DNA of 64,000 bases from Camelus ferus (GCF_009834535.1 NC_045696.1:47804001-47868000), one strand, 5' to 3'; positions 24,157 through 38,270 are shown, numbered from the stretch's first letter. Numbers and translations are program-made. Notes: generated from the letters alone by a model not told the origin.

Positions 24157-24867
24157 CAGGCATACCTCATTTTATTGCACATCACAGATACTGTGTTTTT
24201 TACAAATTGAAGGTTTGTGGCACCCCTTCGTCTAGCTAGTCTTTTTGTGCCATTTTTCCAACAGCACTTGCTCACTGCATGTCTCTGTATCACTTTGGCA
24301 ACTCTCACAATATTTCAAGCGTTTTCATTATTATTATTATATTTGATATAGTAGTGATCCATGATCAGGAATCTTTGATATTACTATTAGAGTTGTTTTC
24401 AGGCACCACAAACTGCAACCATATAAAATGGCAAACTTAATCGATAACTGATAAATGTTGTATGGATTCTGACAGCTCTACCAACCGGCCATTCCCCATC
24501 TCTCTCCCTTTCTTTGGGCCTCCCTATTCCCTGAGACACAACAATATTGAAATTAGGCCAATTAATAACCCTACAACAGCCTTAAGTATTCAACTGCAAG
24601 GAACAGTCACATGTCTTTGACTTTAAATCAAAAGCTAGAAGTAATTAAGGTTGGCGAGAAAGGTTATGTCAAAAGCTGAGATAAACTGAAATTTAGGCCT
24701 CTTGCACCAGTTAACCAAGTTGTGAATGCAAAGGAAAAGTTCTTGAAGGATATTAAAAGCGCTACTCCAATGAACACACAAATAATAAGAAAGAGAAACA
24801 GTCTCATTGCCGGTGTGAGAAAGTTTTAGTGCTCTGGATAGAAAATCAAACCAGTCACAACATTCTC
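24157..24867 (+). mobile_element. Tigger1 DNA transposon, 5' ~700 bp (left TIR and start of transposase), truncated
   Basis: TA|caggcatacct start; ttttttacaaattgaaggtttgtggc; ccctattccctgagacacaacaatattgaaattaggccaattaataaccctaca; transposase start [16 protein letters not shown]. Confidence 0.92.
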
Positions 24868-25839
24868 CTCCTCAATCAACTGAAGCTGAGACAGTTAAAA
24901 GGGAGACAGTTAAAAATAATAATGATGGTGATTACAACAGCATGTGTCAAGTGCTCTAGAGAAGGAGGGTGGTACAGTGAAAAGAACATCTGCTGCGGAG
25001 CAAGGCAGACTTGGGCTCAAATCTTGGCTCTGACCCAAGAAAGGTAGCCTGGGGCCAGTTCCCAGTCTCTCTGACTCAGATCTGTCTCCTGTAAGCACAA
25101 CATTCCTCTTTTAGTTCTGCCCTGTATGGTGTCTGTTTGTTATAGGCTGTTTGTCTCAGAAATAGTTTTATATTTTTTGAGAGAAGAATGTATTTATTAC
25201 ACCACTGAGCAGTAAAATTAATATTTATTTTTCTCATGACCCATCATCCAACACACAGAGTAACCAGTATCATATGCTTCCAGCCAATTTATTTGCATAC
25301 TTTGACATGATCTTTCTTTCTGCTATTTTTTCGTGTTTTGTTGAGCAGTGTGAACTCTTAATGGCTGATGAATGGCAAATAAATAGTGTTGGAGATGCTG
25401 CAAGGTGTTATGGCAGAGTTTCACAACAGATGTTAAAATGCACATTTTATCATAAGCAAGCACCTTCAATAAAACTGATGGAAGTAACTAACTACGGTAA
25501 AGTTCAGGAGTCAATCAGGGATTGGTGGAAGCCCTAGGACATATGAAGGACAATTTAAACAACAATGGGAAAAATGACCGACAATTGTTTGTATCATAGT
25601 CTGCAGAAATTATGCCTGGAGTTATCTCACAACTTCTGACTTGAAAAGAAGCAAATGGCGGACGAGATAGGGAAAGACATTCCTATGGCCCTTTGCTGTA
25701 CAGATCCCAAATAGTCCAGATTCAGTTATCCTTTCCATGTCAAATGGAATCGTCTTGTGCTAAATGGGATTTGTCTATAATAATTCTCACAGTACAGTGT
25801 TGTGTGGATTAAATGAGATTGTCTGCAAAAGTACCCAAT

Positions 25840-26540
25840 AATGTCTATTTTTGAGACAAAATTCTGCTTTCTGTTAATAAAGGACTTTACCAAGAGTTAT
25901 GGCAAGAAACAGGGATATAAAGGATAGAGGCCTAACTCAATCTAAAGCATCAGATGACACATGAGACAAATCTTGAAGAACAAATAGGAGTTTATCAAGT
26001 AAAGAATCTGGGTGGCTATAATCAGTGTAGAGAGAAAATAGCATAAACTATGGATGGAGTGTGAGAGCACTGGATTCACTGGGGCAGCTGCTAGTAGATT
26101 TGCACGCCTGGACAAGCAGAGTGATAGAACAGGAGATGAGACAGGGAAAATAGACTAGAGTAGGAACATAAGGAGCACTGGACCTTATCTAGACGGTCCT
26201 GATGAATGATGAAAAGATGGTAAATTGTACCATCATGTTGTATACTGGCTACAGCTTAGAGAATGTGTGGAAGAGGAAAACACTGGACATCAGGAAGTCA
26301 ATAGTCTAGGCAAAATATAAGGAAAGCCCTTATTAAATGTGTTACGAGTAGTTTGGGGGAATTAAAAGGTAAATATAAAGGATATTGGAATACAATCATC
26401 ATGTTGGTGACTGATTGGGTGTGGCATATGAAGGAGAGGCCAAGAATGAACTTTGGATTCTGCCTCACTCTACTGAGTGGATAGATGCAGCAATGAGAAT
26501 GCAGGATAAACCAAATACATATGGTTGCAATTCACAGGTA
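25840..26540 (-). mobile_element. L2 fragment
   Basis: Purine-rich antisense L2 pattern (aatagtctaggcaa, ttggtgactgattgggtgtgg..gaaggagagg). Confidence 0.55.
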
Positions 26541-26689
26541 CTTTTGAGGCTGGACAAGATCCTCTAGCACACGTCTTATCTGCTCCATGTTGTCTTCTCT
26601 GTGATTCCAAATGATGTGTTTGCCTCTCTAATTCCTAAGATACTTAGAGGTCACTCCCAATTTTATAAACTGAATATCTACTTGGATGT

Positions 26690-27230
26690 AATTTGTGTGT
26701 ATAGTTGTCTAATTGTTCCAGGCTCTGTGGCAAAAATGTCATTTGCCCATCTGAGAGCTACTGCCTTTGTCCCCTGTGAATGGAACATCTGCTTTGTTAG
26801 GGATGATGATGTATCCAGCCACACATGATCAGCTATGACTGATAGAAGCCAATTGTGCTCGTCTCACTGCATGTTGTCACATAGTTTCCCAACTTTCCAT
26901 GGAGCTATCCATGGCTATGTGACTTTTTTCCAGTAACTAAATGTAAAGCAAAATTTACCAAGAGGTTTCCAGGAAAAATTTTCCTCCTGTAATAGTCAGC
27001 TTGGACTGCCATAACAAACTCCACAGACTGGGTGGCTTAAACTACAGAAATTTATTTTCTCACAATTCTGTTGGCCAGTTTGATTTCTGGTATGGATTTC
27101 CAGATGGCTGCTTTCCCACTGCTTTCCCCTAACTAGAAACTATCTATCTCCAGATTGCAAGTTATATAAGATAACAAAAGATGATGACTGACTGAGGCAC
27201 TGTGTGTTCTAATACTTAACAACTGAAAAC
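26690..27230. mobile_element. Nested MaLR (MLT1) LTR fragments
   Basis: ctgccataacaaactccacagactgggtggcttaaactacagaaatttattttctcacaattctg (MLT1 terminus) inside an older MLT-like remnant. Confidence 0.65.
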
Positions 27231-27569
27231 ATTCCTTCCTAAATGATATATGTCTAAATCTTATGTCTCCAACTTTGAAGGCAAGAATCATGAGCTTGGA
27301 CTCAATCAAACATCAGCTAGCTGATTGACATGATTCCTATTTCCCATTCTCCATGTACATCTCCTTAAATTTATCTTTAGAGGACTGTATGGAAAATTCC
27401 ATTCTAGAGAGCTCTGAGCATATCCTGAGGCAGAAACTGGCACCTTACCAGAGGAAGCATAGGAGATAGTTTTTGCTTCCCTGCAATCGCTGAGACTTAG
27501 AGAAGTCAAGAACATTTCCAACAATAATGACTAAATTCATAAGGCTATATGACACTTTCAGTGTGCCAG

Positions 27570-27745
27570 TTGATCCAAGTTTTGTCATTATAACAACATA
27601 ACGACATCAATACTTTTAACTGCACTGTTTTACAATGATAAAACTGAGACACAGAGAGGTTAAGAAACTTGCCTGAGGTCACATAGTTGATAAGTATTAG
27701 CAGTGACATTTGAATCTAGGCATTTCAAAACTGGATGCTCAGCTC
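27570..27745 (-). mobile_element. MIR SINE
   Basis: Core aaactgagacacagagaggttaagaaacttgcctgaggtcacatag. Confidence 0.8.
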
Positions 27746-29689
27746 AGACAGTTACAGAAACACTTCTCATTTACAGGCTCCAGTTTGGGGGAACTAGTTT
27801 AATCAATATTTCCTTTCACCCCAAAATACATACTGAATAGTATTTTATAAGGAAATCTACAGCACACATTCAGAAAAGAGAATCAGGGAGCAATTGTACA
27901 TGACATTTTTGCTAAATACTGTGGTCAGTGTTGTTCAAAACATAATTTGATATTACATTTTACAATGATTTTGATAAGCTTTCATGGTGCTATTGCATCC
28001 CTAAGAAGTGCATCACTTATCAGAGAAATATAATGAAACTTGTTCTTATTTTGTCTTTTATGTAAATAAATTTCTGCCTTAGGAGGACTCAAAAGGCTCA
28101 TAAATATTGTCTAGAAACACTGGAAATATAATTATTAAAGAATAATAGAATCCAAGGGCAAGAATCCACATATGTGAAGGAAAATATGTCTACCAATAAT
28201 CTGTGACATTTCTCAGGTTTTACAATTATGTTAGAATTTTTCCATAGTCCATTAGTAAAATAATTTTCAATGTTACAAATAAAAGTCTTCATGCTAAGAT
28301 TCTCAAATTTCCTGAATTTTTCTTAAACATACACCAAGAAGCCAGAGAAACAAGCTTTACCCTGAACTGACAATATCACATTTGGAAAATCAGTTGTTTG
28401 CTGATCCATTTTGGAAAGTTAAGATAATGACTCAGCTTCTTGAATAATACCAGAAGCCAGGAAATGTTATTGGTTACATAGTGACCCATACAATAGATTG
28501 GAGAAACTTAGTGTGCATAGAACTATGCCCTTTCCTCCAGCTTTGGTTTGTATGCTCTTTTCCTGTTCAGCAGTGTGGGAATTTAGAATAAATCTCCTTA
28601 AAAGGAACACAACAACTCTATTCCATTATGCATGATATTGAGAAAAAATAAATTCCAATGAGCCAAAAAGCTTGGTTCTGAGGAAGTGGGGCCAGTGGGT
28701 TCAAGAGCCATTCTTAAATGGCCTTCTGAACTGGGATTGTGCAGGAAAATAAATGTTTAACATCTCTTCTGCCTTATTTTATTATTTTTAATGTATATTC
28801 TAATGTTAAATATTTCTACATGGATTATTGCAAAAAAGAAGTAATCACTTTACCCCCCCCCCATTATTTTCCAGAGGGCAACCATTTCCAACTATTTTGG
28901 CTTTTTCTTTTAGTATTTAACTCCTTATATCTAAATAATATATTTATAAGGCTACTTAATAATTTTTCAGTTTTAGCCATTTTTAATGAATTTCCCATGC
29001 AGAACGTGAGAATTTAGCTCCCTTTCATGCATATCCCTCCCCAAAGCACAGATTTTTCCCTTTCTTTACTCTTTCCAATAGAGGTAAAACATAACTTTAA
29101 TTAAATGAATAAACAGGATTTGCATTATTATGACTGTATAAACACTACCTACACGTGAGCCATTATGCTCTTCTTTTTTGTAACTTTTGATTTTACCTAT
29201 ATTTAATAACTCTCCCTTTTTAATTAACCTGGATTTCTATGTACCTATCAGATTCAATTTCCTTGGCAGAAGTACATTCCATCAGACTCCTCTTGCAGGG
29301 GTCTGCCCTCCTAATCCAATCTGGACTGTTCATTTCTGGGCCTGATGCTCAGCCATCATCATAGCTTCTCCCTCACCAATCTTCTGAGGGATTTCCTTTT
29401 CCTCTCACTTGTGTTGGATCTCCTGGATCTTACATTTTTCTCTTTCTTGGTTTATTTTCTCCTTCTGGAATAAAACATTCTCCCAAAGCTTCCAAAGGAA
29501 TGGTACACTATGTCAATTTTATAGTAACACTTATTTCTGGAAATAAATGCTTTATTGGTTCACTAGACAGGTCTGACACTCTCTCAACACAGGTTAATTT
29601 TCACCTTCTTCAGAAAAACTTTTCTGACTGCCTCAAGCAAAATTAAGCTTTCTTACCTACACACATCCATAACATTCCATTTATTAATT

Positions 29690-30200
29690 CATCCATCTGT
29701 CTATCCATTCACTTCTTCATTCACTCATCCATCAAATACTGACTGTGTGCTCTCAAGAGCTTGGTACTGGGATAGGCACAAAGATGAAACGAAAAAGCTT
29801 GATTTGACTTTGTTTATTCAGGAGAAGCCAGGAAAAAAGACTGAGAAAGAGACTAGTGAGAAAGGAGGTCAGTCAAGGATGACGTTACAAAGAAAGGGAG
29901 TTGTTTCACGAAGAAAATAAGAATCAACTTTGTTGGATTACGTTGAGAGGTACAGTAAGATAAGAACCAGAAATATCTCTTGAAGATGACAACAAAGACA
30001 TCACTGATAACTTTGGCAAAGGCAGTTTCTGTGGAACACTGGGTAGGAAACCTGACTGGAGAGACGTGAAGGGAGAAATCAAGGAAGTAGAGATAGTAAG
30101 CATAGGCAGCTCTTTAGGGGGATTTTTTCTGACAAGATAAGCAGAGAAATGGGGAGGTATTAGGAGAGGAGTGTGCAATTTAGAGAGGGCTTTAAATTAC
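29690..30200 (-). mobile_element. L2 fragment
   Basis: cattcactcatccatcaaatactgactg; atcactgataactttggcaaaggcagtttctgtgga. Confidence 0.65.
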
Positions 30201-32539
30201 AAAAGGAACTGTGGCACGCTGAATGCTGCTGAAACTAATCTGACAGAGCCAGACAGACGGAGACACAGGAACGGGAAAGCCCTCAAAGAATCTTCTAGCT
30301 TTTGGTCTAGAACCAAGGGCCTTTGGGGAGCCATCCCCACTCCTCTCAGAGAAGGGTATGCAACCTGGCCAGGACCACGCACTGCCCTGAACCGGCCTGA
30401 GACAGACCACGCTAGAGGTGTTGCAGGGGACAGCCACAGGAGATCAAGGCACCTGGCCATGGCCTTGCACTGCTCTGGAGAGTGTCGCTGGGCTTCCTCC
30501 CTTTCCGTTCGAACATCCCCTCCTCCTCTCCCTCCCACAAAGACGGGCACCCTGAGACAGTGACAACCACCACCAAACCCCTGTGTGATGTCCCACCCCC
30601 TGCCCAGCCGGATTAGGGGTTGTCCCCTAGGTAAAAGGATTTCTGGGCTGGCCTCCCCTGCCCTTGCTGCTTGGGCCCTTATCCCTGCCCAGAACAGCCT
30701 TTCTCCAGGAATCACCGCTAGGAGATGTCCCTGTGAGCAGTAGTCCCGAGTCCTGAGGAGGAGGCCAAGAACCTTCTACATTTGAGAGGCCCTGCCACTG
30801 GAGGCTGGGTGGACACCCTGGGCCAGCCCTTTTGTTCCGGGAAATGGATCCCAGGGGCTCAGAGAATGCCCCAGCTTCTTGGGGTTCACACACATCCTGA
30901 GATACCAAGGAACTGCCTTTGCCCGAGACAAAGTTATTCCATTAAAACGTCTGCTATACTAAAAAACAGTAACAACAATACTCTCTGTTCAACGTTATCT
31001 AAATTTCTTTGGTAATTTTTTCTTATTTTGATCATTGTTACAAGTTAATAAGTGGAATATTTAATAGATTTCTCAATATCTAAATTAGGTTCATTTTTAC
31101 TAATTCAACCTTCAACTATTTTTTGGTTTTTTTTTTTTTTCCCTCATCTCTTTCATGGCTCTTAACTGGGGAAAAAAAAAAAATCCCCAGTCTGCGGAGA
31201 AGTTATCTTTAGCATAAATTTCTGACACTACTTAAAAATTATTTGAATTTGAAAAAGTTACATAAGCTGCTTTTGCTACAGTTTCATGAAAATCGGTTTA
31301 TTAGTAATACCCAATCCAAAAGCTGTTTCAAGGATTAAATGAAACACTAGTAAAGCATATAGGGTAATGCCTGATGCACATTAGAGACTCTGATAAATGT
31401 TACCTGTTATTGTAGCTATTGTTGCCTTCATCACCGTGTATCTTCATCATGGTTGTCATCATCATCATCATTTGAGGCTAAGGGAGGAGGAAAAAGGATG
31501 GCTTCAACGCAATGTCATTTGGCCTAAAACCTAGCTCCTTAGGTGGAGGTAAGGGTACACTGTCACTTTAGTTTGCCCTACCACACAAACACACATCCAT
31601 GCACATGCACATACATGCTCTCACATATACTTATAGGTTGCTCGTGTGTACAAATTCATGTCAGAATGTTAGACTTTTTAAATTTATGTTGAGGTTTTTA
31701 TTTTAAGGTATTAAGCCAAATATAATTTTCTATGAAAAATATGGATTAGCTATTTCTGAAGTCTCTATAAATTTTGTAATATGCAGTAAAAATTAACCTT
31801 TTAGTTTATTACTTTCAATTATAGCTAAAGAAAATAACAAAATAGCAAAACCAGGCTGGCCTCACCTGCAGTTGTGGATCCTTTGCTGACTGTGGAAAAG
31901 CTACTTGTCACATCTGTGTGCTTTGCCTGTCTGTACAAGTTTTTTTCAGGATGCCCTTGAAGGCTCCCAACACTGTTTATGGTTCACTGTAATTCTATTT
32001 CCTGCCAAAGCATTCCACTGTTTTATAATAAACAGAAAATATAAATTAAGAAATGCTAATTAACAAAAAACAATGTTTGAAAATGTGAGAGGACAGTTTG
32101 AAGAAAACATGGGATGTGGAATATTACAGACTGATGTTTAAACATGACTTAAAGAAATGCAAAGAATGGAATTTCATAATGTTGCCATAAACCAAAGAAA
32201 ACTACAACAAAAACATGAGCTAAAGGATGAGCACCTGACTCCCAGTCAAAGCAATGTCCTAATAGATTTGTTTCCCAAATAACCAATGCCTCACATTAGC
32301 AGTTCCAGCAAATTAAAATAAATTTAGTTTCTTTATTTGCAAAAGGTGGTTTTAAATAATCTTTACTATCTCTAGACTATTGAGGAGTGTTTAAACATCC
32401 TTAAAAGAAGTCAAGTACAAACATAGTTGAGTTCTTCTATGCCAGTGACGAAAATGACAGAGCCAGTGATAGTATTAAAATATCAATGATGAAACATGAA
32501 AGGAATCTTAGAAATAATCTCACTTAGAGGAAAACTAAG

Positions 32540-33005
32540 TGTCAGGAATTGTGAAGGATCTAAGTCGTCCAGCCTTAACATGTTCACAGTTTTATATATG
32601 CTGGCAGAAGACATAAGACACCTGGGTCAGAGACAAAGGACTTTACTGTCCAGGGCACAGCAGGCAACATGAGCTTCATGTTCAAATCCATTCCCATTGC
32701 TCCCCAAGTCCCATGGGGCTGATAAGGATATGAACCCAGGTGGATGCTGGACATGCAGTGGATCTGTGTCACAGCTGAGAAATTCTGTGTTTAGGAAACC
32801 CTCAGTTGTACAAGAAAGATGCTAGCAAACCTTCCTAATGTTTTCCAGGAAGGAAAAATTATCTCTATCACCTTGGTCAGGAAACAGATATGCCATCTGC
32901 CCTAGAGGGCGACATTAGCTACACAAATATCTGAGCAAAAAGTTAATGCCTCTTGCTCATAAGATGTGCAGGAATGTAAAAGACATAGAAAATTGTCTCC
33001 CAACA
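32540..33005 (-). mobile_element. ERVL-class solo LTR (LTR40-like)
   Basis: TG..CA termini; the reverse complement begins tgttgggagacaattttctatg..ctgcacatcttatgagc, resembling LTR40 as recalled. Confidence 0.65.
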
Positions 33006-33109
33006 ATGAGATTTAGTAAGAATAAAGAGATTATTTAGATCACCAACTGAAGTACTGAGTTGTTCATTAATACAGTAAAATATGGTAGAAATATATTATT
33101 AAATATTTG

Positions 33110-33716
33110 ATAGTTAGCTGGGCATCTAATGAGTTAACCTCCTCTCCTTGAATGCAGGAAGAACCTGTGACTTGATTTGAACCAAAAGAATTACCAAAGG
33201 TGATAGGATGTCACTCCCATGATTAGATTAGTCTATCTATCTATCTATGTATCTACCTACCTACCTACCTATCTCTCTATCTTCTATCTATACCTTAGGA
33301 GACCTCTACATATATATAGATTAGACAGACAGATGACTATACCACCTAAGATCATATATACATATGACTCTTAGCAGACCAATTCTAAGACCTGCTGGTC
33401 TGGACAAAGCAAACTGACACACTGTAACTGCTTATGGAAAGGTTCATGTAGTTCCTCAGTCCTATAGCCACAAGAATCAGAATTCTGCCAATAACCTAAA
33501 TGATTTTGAAAGGAGATTTTTCCCTATGTGGGCCTCCAGTTGAGAATGCAGCCTGGTCAACATCCTGACTGCAGCCTTTTGAAATCTTGAGCAGAGGTCC
33601 CAGTTTAGCTATGCCCATAGCTTCTCCTGATCCAGAGAACTATGAGCTAATAAGTATGTGCTGGCTTAAGCTGCTACATTGTGGTGATTTGTTATGCAGC
33701 AGTATCAAACTAACAT
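33110..33716 (+). mobile_element. MaLR MLT1 LTR with an internal (TCTA)n/(CCTA)n microsatellite
   Basis: gaattctgccaataaccta, gagaatgcagcctgg, ttaagctgctacattgtggtgatttgttatgcagcag. Confidence 0.8.
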
Positions 33717-36700
33717 AATAGTTTAGCAGAGCCTAGAATTTAATCTGTTGAACACTTCTTCTCTTTTATCTCAAGGAGACAGAAATCATCTTCTTGAAAT
33801 TTATCTTGTAACTTTGTCAGTCTACTGCTGGAAGGCTTAAACCGATCCTACTTGGATCATTGTAAGTCATTTTTACCCACAAATCTGATTCTAGGATTGT
33901 TTGTTTTGCTTTATGGTCATCCCACACAGAATAGAACCAAGATTAATAAGCATCCAGTTGATTCCCCATTTTCTTTGGTAAAACCTTATCAATTATTCCA
34001 ATCTACAGAAAGTCTACCTTTATTCAACCTATATTTGTGTATTACTACAACAGTTATCATTTAATTGTTCTTAACAATTGTATTGTTTCTTCAGCATGAT
34101 TGTAGGTCTTCTATTCATCTCACAGGTATTTTTTATATTTTCCCACAGCATCTGCAACAGTGTCAGGCAAAAAAGGAAATGCTCACGAAATATATGTTGA
34201 TTGATAAACATGATCCAATTTTTCAGAAGTTCCTACTAACAACTGATCTGCCTGCATACTGTTGAATTTACTAAGTATAAAATTGATCCCCCAACCCCTC
34301 TCATTCTGGGCTGTTTTGACTCATTCCCAAAGTCTAGGACTGAAATAATCCCTGGGGAAAAAAAACTGAGGTCTTACGTCAAAATCACTTTCTGGGTTAG
34401 TTCTATTTTCAGTCACTATGTGGCATAATTTGTCCCCAAGTCAGAGGATATATCAATTTATACTCAGGATCAGTCTTTATACATGAATTAAATTAGAATT
34501 TCAACATATTTACTCTGAAAGAAATAATGGAATGGATAATTGGATAAATCATAAAAGTAAGGGGGAAAGAAATTTCAAAGATATTTCTAAAACTACAGAA
34601 TTTGCTGTAAATAAATGAATAAACATGTCTATAAGTATTGGATGCTGATAAATCTAGATTACAATTTCATTAGCCATAATTTTAGGCCAGTCATTTCTCA
34701 TCCCTAATACTTTCTATAACGGCAAGCAGCCACCATTCTTGGGATGATGTATCATAAAACTTTTGCATCATAAATCTTTTTCATTTCACCTCAAACTGGA
34801 ATATATCTGACATGATAAAAATAACAGATAGCCTTATGCCTTAAGATAGAGCTAATCAGGCCATAAAGATTGATAGTAATTATTATCAACTGAAACGAAT
34901 TGCTATGATTCTTATATGCCTATTCATTTTCTACAGAGACTAGGACGGGACAAAAGCCAAACACAAAAATCCATTTATTAAAAACAAGAACAACAACACA
35001 AGTTTCTTAACCTAGAAATAAGGTGCCACAGGGATATTTTTTGACCACCTCCTAGATTATTTCAGAGAAAATCCCAGACATCATGTCATCTCATTCATTG
35101 CTATTTCAGTATTTATTTTTAAAAAGTAACTATTCTTTTTAAAAAGAACACCCAAAAATAGTAACAATAATATCTTAGGATCGTCAACTATTCAGTAATT
35201 ATTTAGATTTCCCTTATTCTATCATGATTTTTTTTTTAATATTTTGCAGTTTGTTTGAAAGAGAATTCAAATACTACCACAGTGTGGAAGTTTTCCCATT
35301 TCTCAGTGACCAGATTGTGAATAATTTCTATTATTGTTACCATGGTTCTTTGTTTTGAAATAAAAATTCTGAATGTAAAAGAAAGACAATTCAAATAAGA
35401 TCCGTACATGGCATTGAATAATATTCTATTAAAAGGACAGTATTTCTGAGGATCCTTAATATTACTTTAAATCATTTAAATTACATTATCAGTTAAATAC
35501 ATACAAATATGAAATTGGATATAAGTTCCTCAAGTGTATGTCCTTCAAACATCTACAAAATAAAAAATACTCTCGAAGCAAACTTGTGGACCCAGTTTGA
35601 GAAGCATTGTTCCTGTATCACTGTGTACACAGTTCATTTTAAAATTAGTTGTATCATGCCCTGTGAGAGTACTTCACTGTTGCCTAAAACTGTTGCTTAA
35701 TTTCATCATTTAATTACCATTCTTCAGTATTATTTTGGTCACCTATTATTTACCAGTCACTTTTCCTATGAGGAGAAACACAAATGTGAAGAAAACTTAG
35801 TCAACTGCTCATAGTGAAATTTTCAAGAGGTTATGTATTAGCAAAATAACTAGAATGTAAGCTCTGTGAAGGTGAGAACCAGGTATTAATGAATCTTCAT
35901 ATTCCCCTAGAGGCCTAACAAAGAGTACTCAATCAATGTTCAATAATTGATTAGACTTGAAAGCCTATATTTTAATTGCTCAGTTAAACTTGGCAGGCAT
36001 ACCTGGAAAGAAAATCATGCCCCCATATTTATCTTCTTTTGCTTTGGAATGAAGAAGAGGAGAGTGTGTGTGTTTGTGTATCAGCAATCATGAAAAAGAG
36101 GATGCTTTGGCAATAGTGACGGTGAAACAGCCACTGTAGTAATTTGGAGCTAAGCAAGTCATAAAGCTGACCTCGTTGGGTGCAGAGCCTCACTAGTCAG
36201 TGTAATAGATGGATAGCTATTATCGGTCAACAGTGATAGATGGAATTTGCTCAGAATAGCACAACACATTCAGCTTTTTGGGAACCACGAACATTTATCA
36301 CTGATGATTAATCCTTTTGTGAGTCCATTTCGAGGTTAACAGATTCTTCCCTGAATTTTTGCTACTTGTTTATCAGTCCTACAGTCCTGCTCATTCAGGA
36401 AATGTTTATTTTCTGGGACTATGCCATGTATATAGCTCCTGAGCGTTTAATCATGGAATTGCATGGCAGATTTTTCCCAGCCCCTAGGACTATCTCACCA
36501 TCTATTTTCCAGCATATGCACAGTCCTTATAATTCTCCTACACTCACTATGCCAGATAGTCCATGAGATTAGAGGCAGCACTCTCAGTTTATTGAAAATT
36601 TCTGCAGTTTAAGTGTGCCTTGTTAAGTGACCGTAACTAATTAAGCAAATGACTTCAAAAGGTTCCTTCAAGGGAAAAGGGAAATAGCTTTAGACCACTC

Positions 36701-36993
36701 ACCAGCAATACTAGAAACAAGACAATGAAAGAATGCCTCCACAATTCTTAAGACAAATTACTTTCATTTTAGAATTCTATATCCAACAAAACTAATAATT
36801 AATATAAGGATAGGACACAGACATTTTCAGACATGTAATTTCTTTTAAAAAAAATACTTCCCAAAAAACTATTTCTCCGGAAGCTGTAATATATGCTTCA
36901 TTAAAATACAGGTGTAGATCAACAAAGAGGAAGACATGGAAAACAGAAGAGAAGGGACCAAAACCTAAAACAAGGGAAGATGAAGATAAAAGG

Positions 36994-37395
36994 TGTGGAT
37001 GAAAAATTAATCAGTTGATCTAAGAAAGAAGTGGAAATTTTTACTCAAGGCAAATGGAAGATTATAACCCAGGAACAGCCTCTCAGAAAGCTTCAAGAAC
37101 TGTTCCAGAGGTCAAAGCACAGTTATATAAGTTTTTGAGACAGAGGGCTATATATTAAATGACACATTATTGACAGTTTACACAATCCATATTTATGTGT
37201 ATAAAGCAAATAGTGGGTGATGGGTCATTGTGGCCCTTCCAAGATTAAGGAGGAAAGTTAGCTTCCAAGGAGGTCTGGTTAATGCAGATCCACAGTACAC
37301 ACTAAAGAGGAGGAAAGAGGCTCAAATGAGCAAAGAAAAATTTTATGTTTACATTTTTCTTGTCTTGCAATAAAAATGTGAATTTTATTTCACCA
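36994..37395 (-). mobile_element. Solo LTR (~400 bp) with a 4-bp TSD, ERV1-like, inserted in an old L1 fragment
   Basis: aagg|tgtgga...ttcacca|aagg: TG..CA termini and TSD aagg at 36990-36993 and 37396-37399; strand is inferred. Confidence 0.7.
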
Positions 37396-37584
37396 AAGGA
37401 AATCCTGAATAAGAGTTTTCCGTGTCCATCCCAGGTGGAGTAGGCTAACAGTCCTGTGTGGGGCAGGTTGGAAGAATTAGGGAGACACTTCCACAAAGAT
37501 GAAACTGACAGACTCACTATTGTGAGTGAGCATATTAAGAGATTCAGACAAACTGACAGAATGTTTGGAGTTGAATTAATGATT

Positions 37585-37810
37585 AATAATAGGTAACATT
37601 TATGGGACACTTTCTATGTGGGCAGATACTCTTCTAAGCATTTTGCATGTGAAACATGCAATGGAGGAATGTAACGCCTCTAATTTACAGATAAGAAAAA
37701 GAAGGCAAAGATGATTAAATAGCTGGCTTAAGGTCACGGAGTTTGTAAGAAGGAACACTGGGGCTGAAATCCATGCAAGCTGACTTCAAAGACTTTTCAT
37801 AACCCTTATT
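37585..37810 (-). mobile_element. MIR SINE
   Basis: aataggtaacatttatgggacactttctatgtg..tttacagataagaaaaa..aaggtcac. Confidence 0.7.
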
Positions 37811-38140
37811 CCATATTGATTTTCCAAGGGCACGGAAATGGCACCAATTAAGAAAAAACAAGGAAAATCAACTTCAGGAAAACCTAGAAAATGCTAAGAA
37901 GGAAAAGTAATTATAGTTTTCTATGTGGTTGTGCTGTGAATAGCATTTTCATAGTCATAATAATGTGAATATTAAATATTGATCTAATCAATATTATGAT
38001 ACAATGATATTTAAAATATTGGGAAATTTGAAAGATGCTCATACACAGTGGAGACAGAAAGAAAGAGGAAAGCTAAATCCTTATCTTTTATAGTAGAGTC
38101 AATAAAGTCTAAAAGGAAAAATCAAAAAGCAGCAATACAG

Positions 38141-38270
38141 TGGGGAGGGGATAGCTCAGTGGTAGAGTGCATGCTTAGCATGCAAAAGGTCGTAGGTTTG
38201 ATCCCCAGTACTGTTAAAATATATACATACATACATACATAACTAATTGTCTCCCCCTTCAAAAAAAAAA
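38141..38270 (+). mobile_element. tRNA-derived SINE (vic-1-like), long form
   Basis: A and B boxes, (TACA)n, aactaattgtctcccc, poly(A); TSD aaaaagcagcaa. Confidence 0.9.

Noticed and set aside
30171..30715. Overlapping 130-aa and 172-aa ORFs
   Set aside because: Expected by chance in GC-rich sequence; no domain or convincing splice structure.
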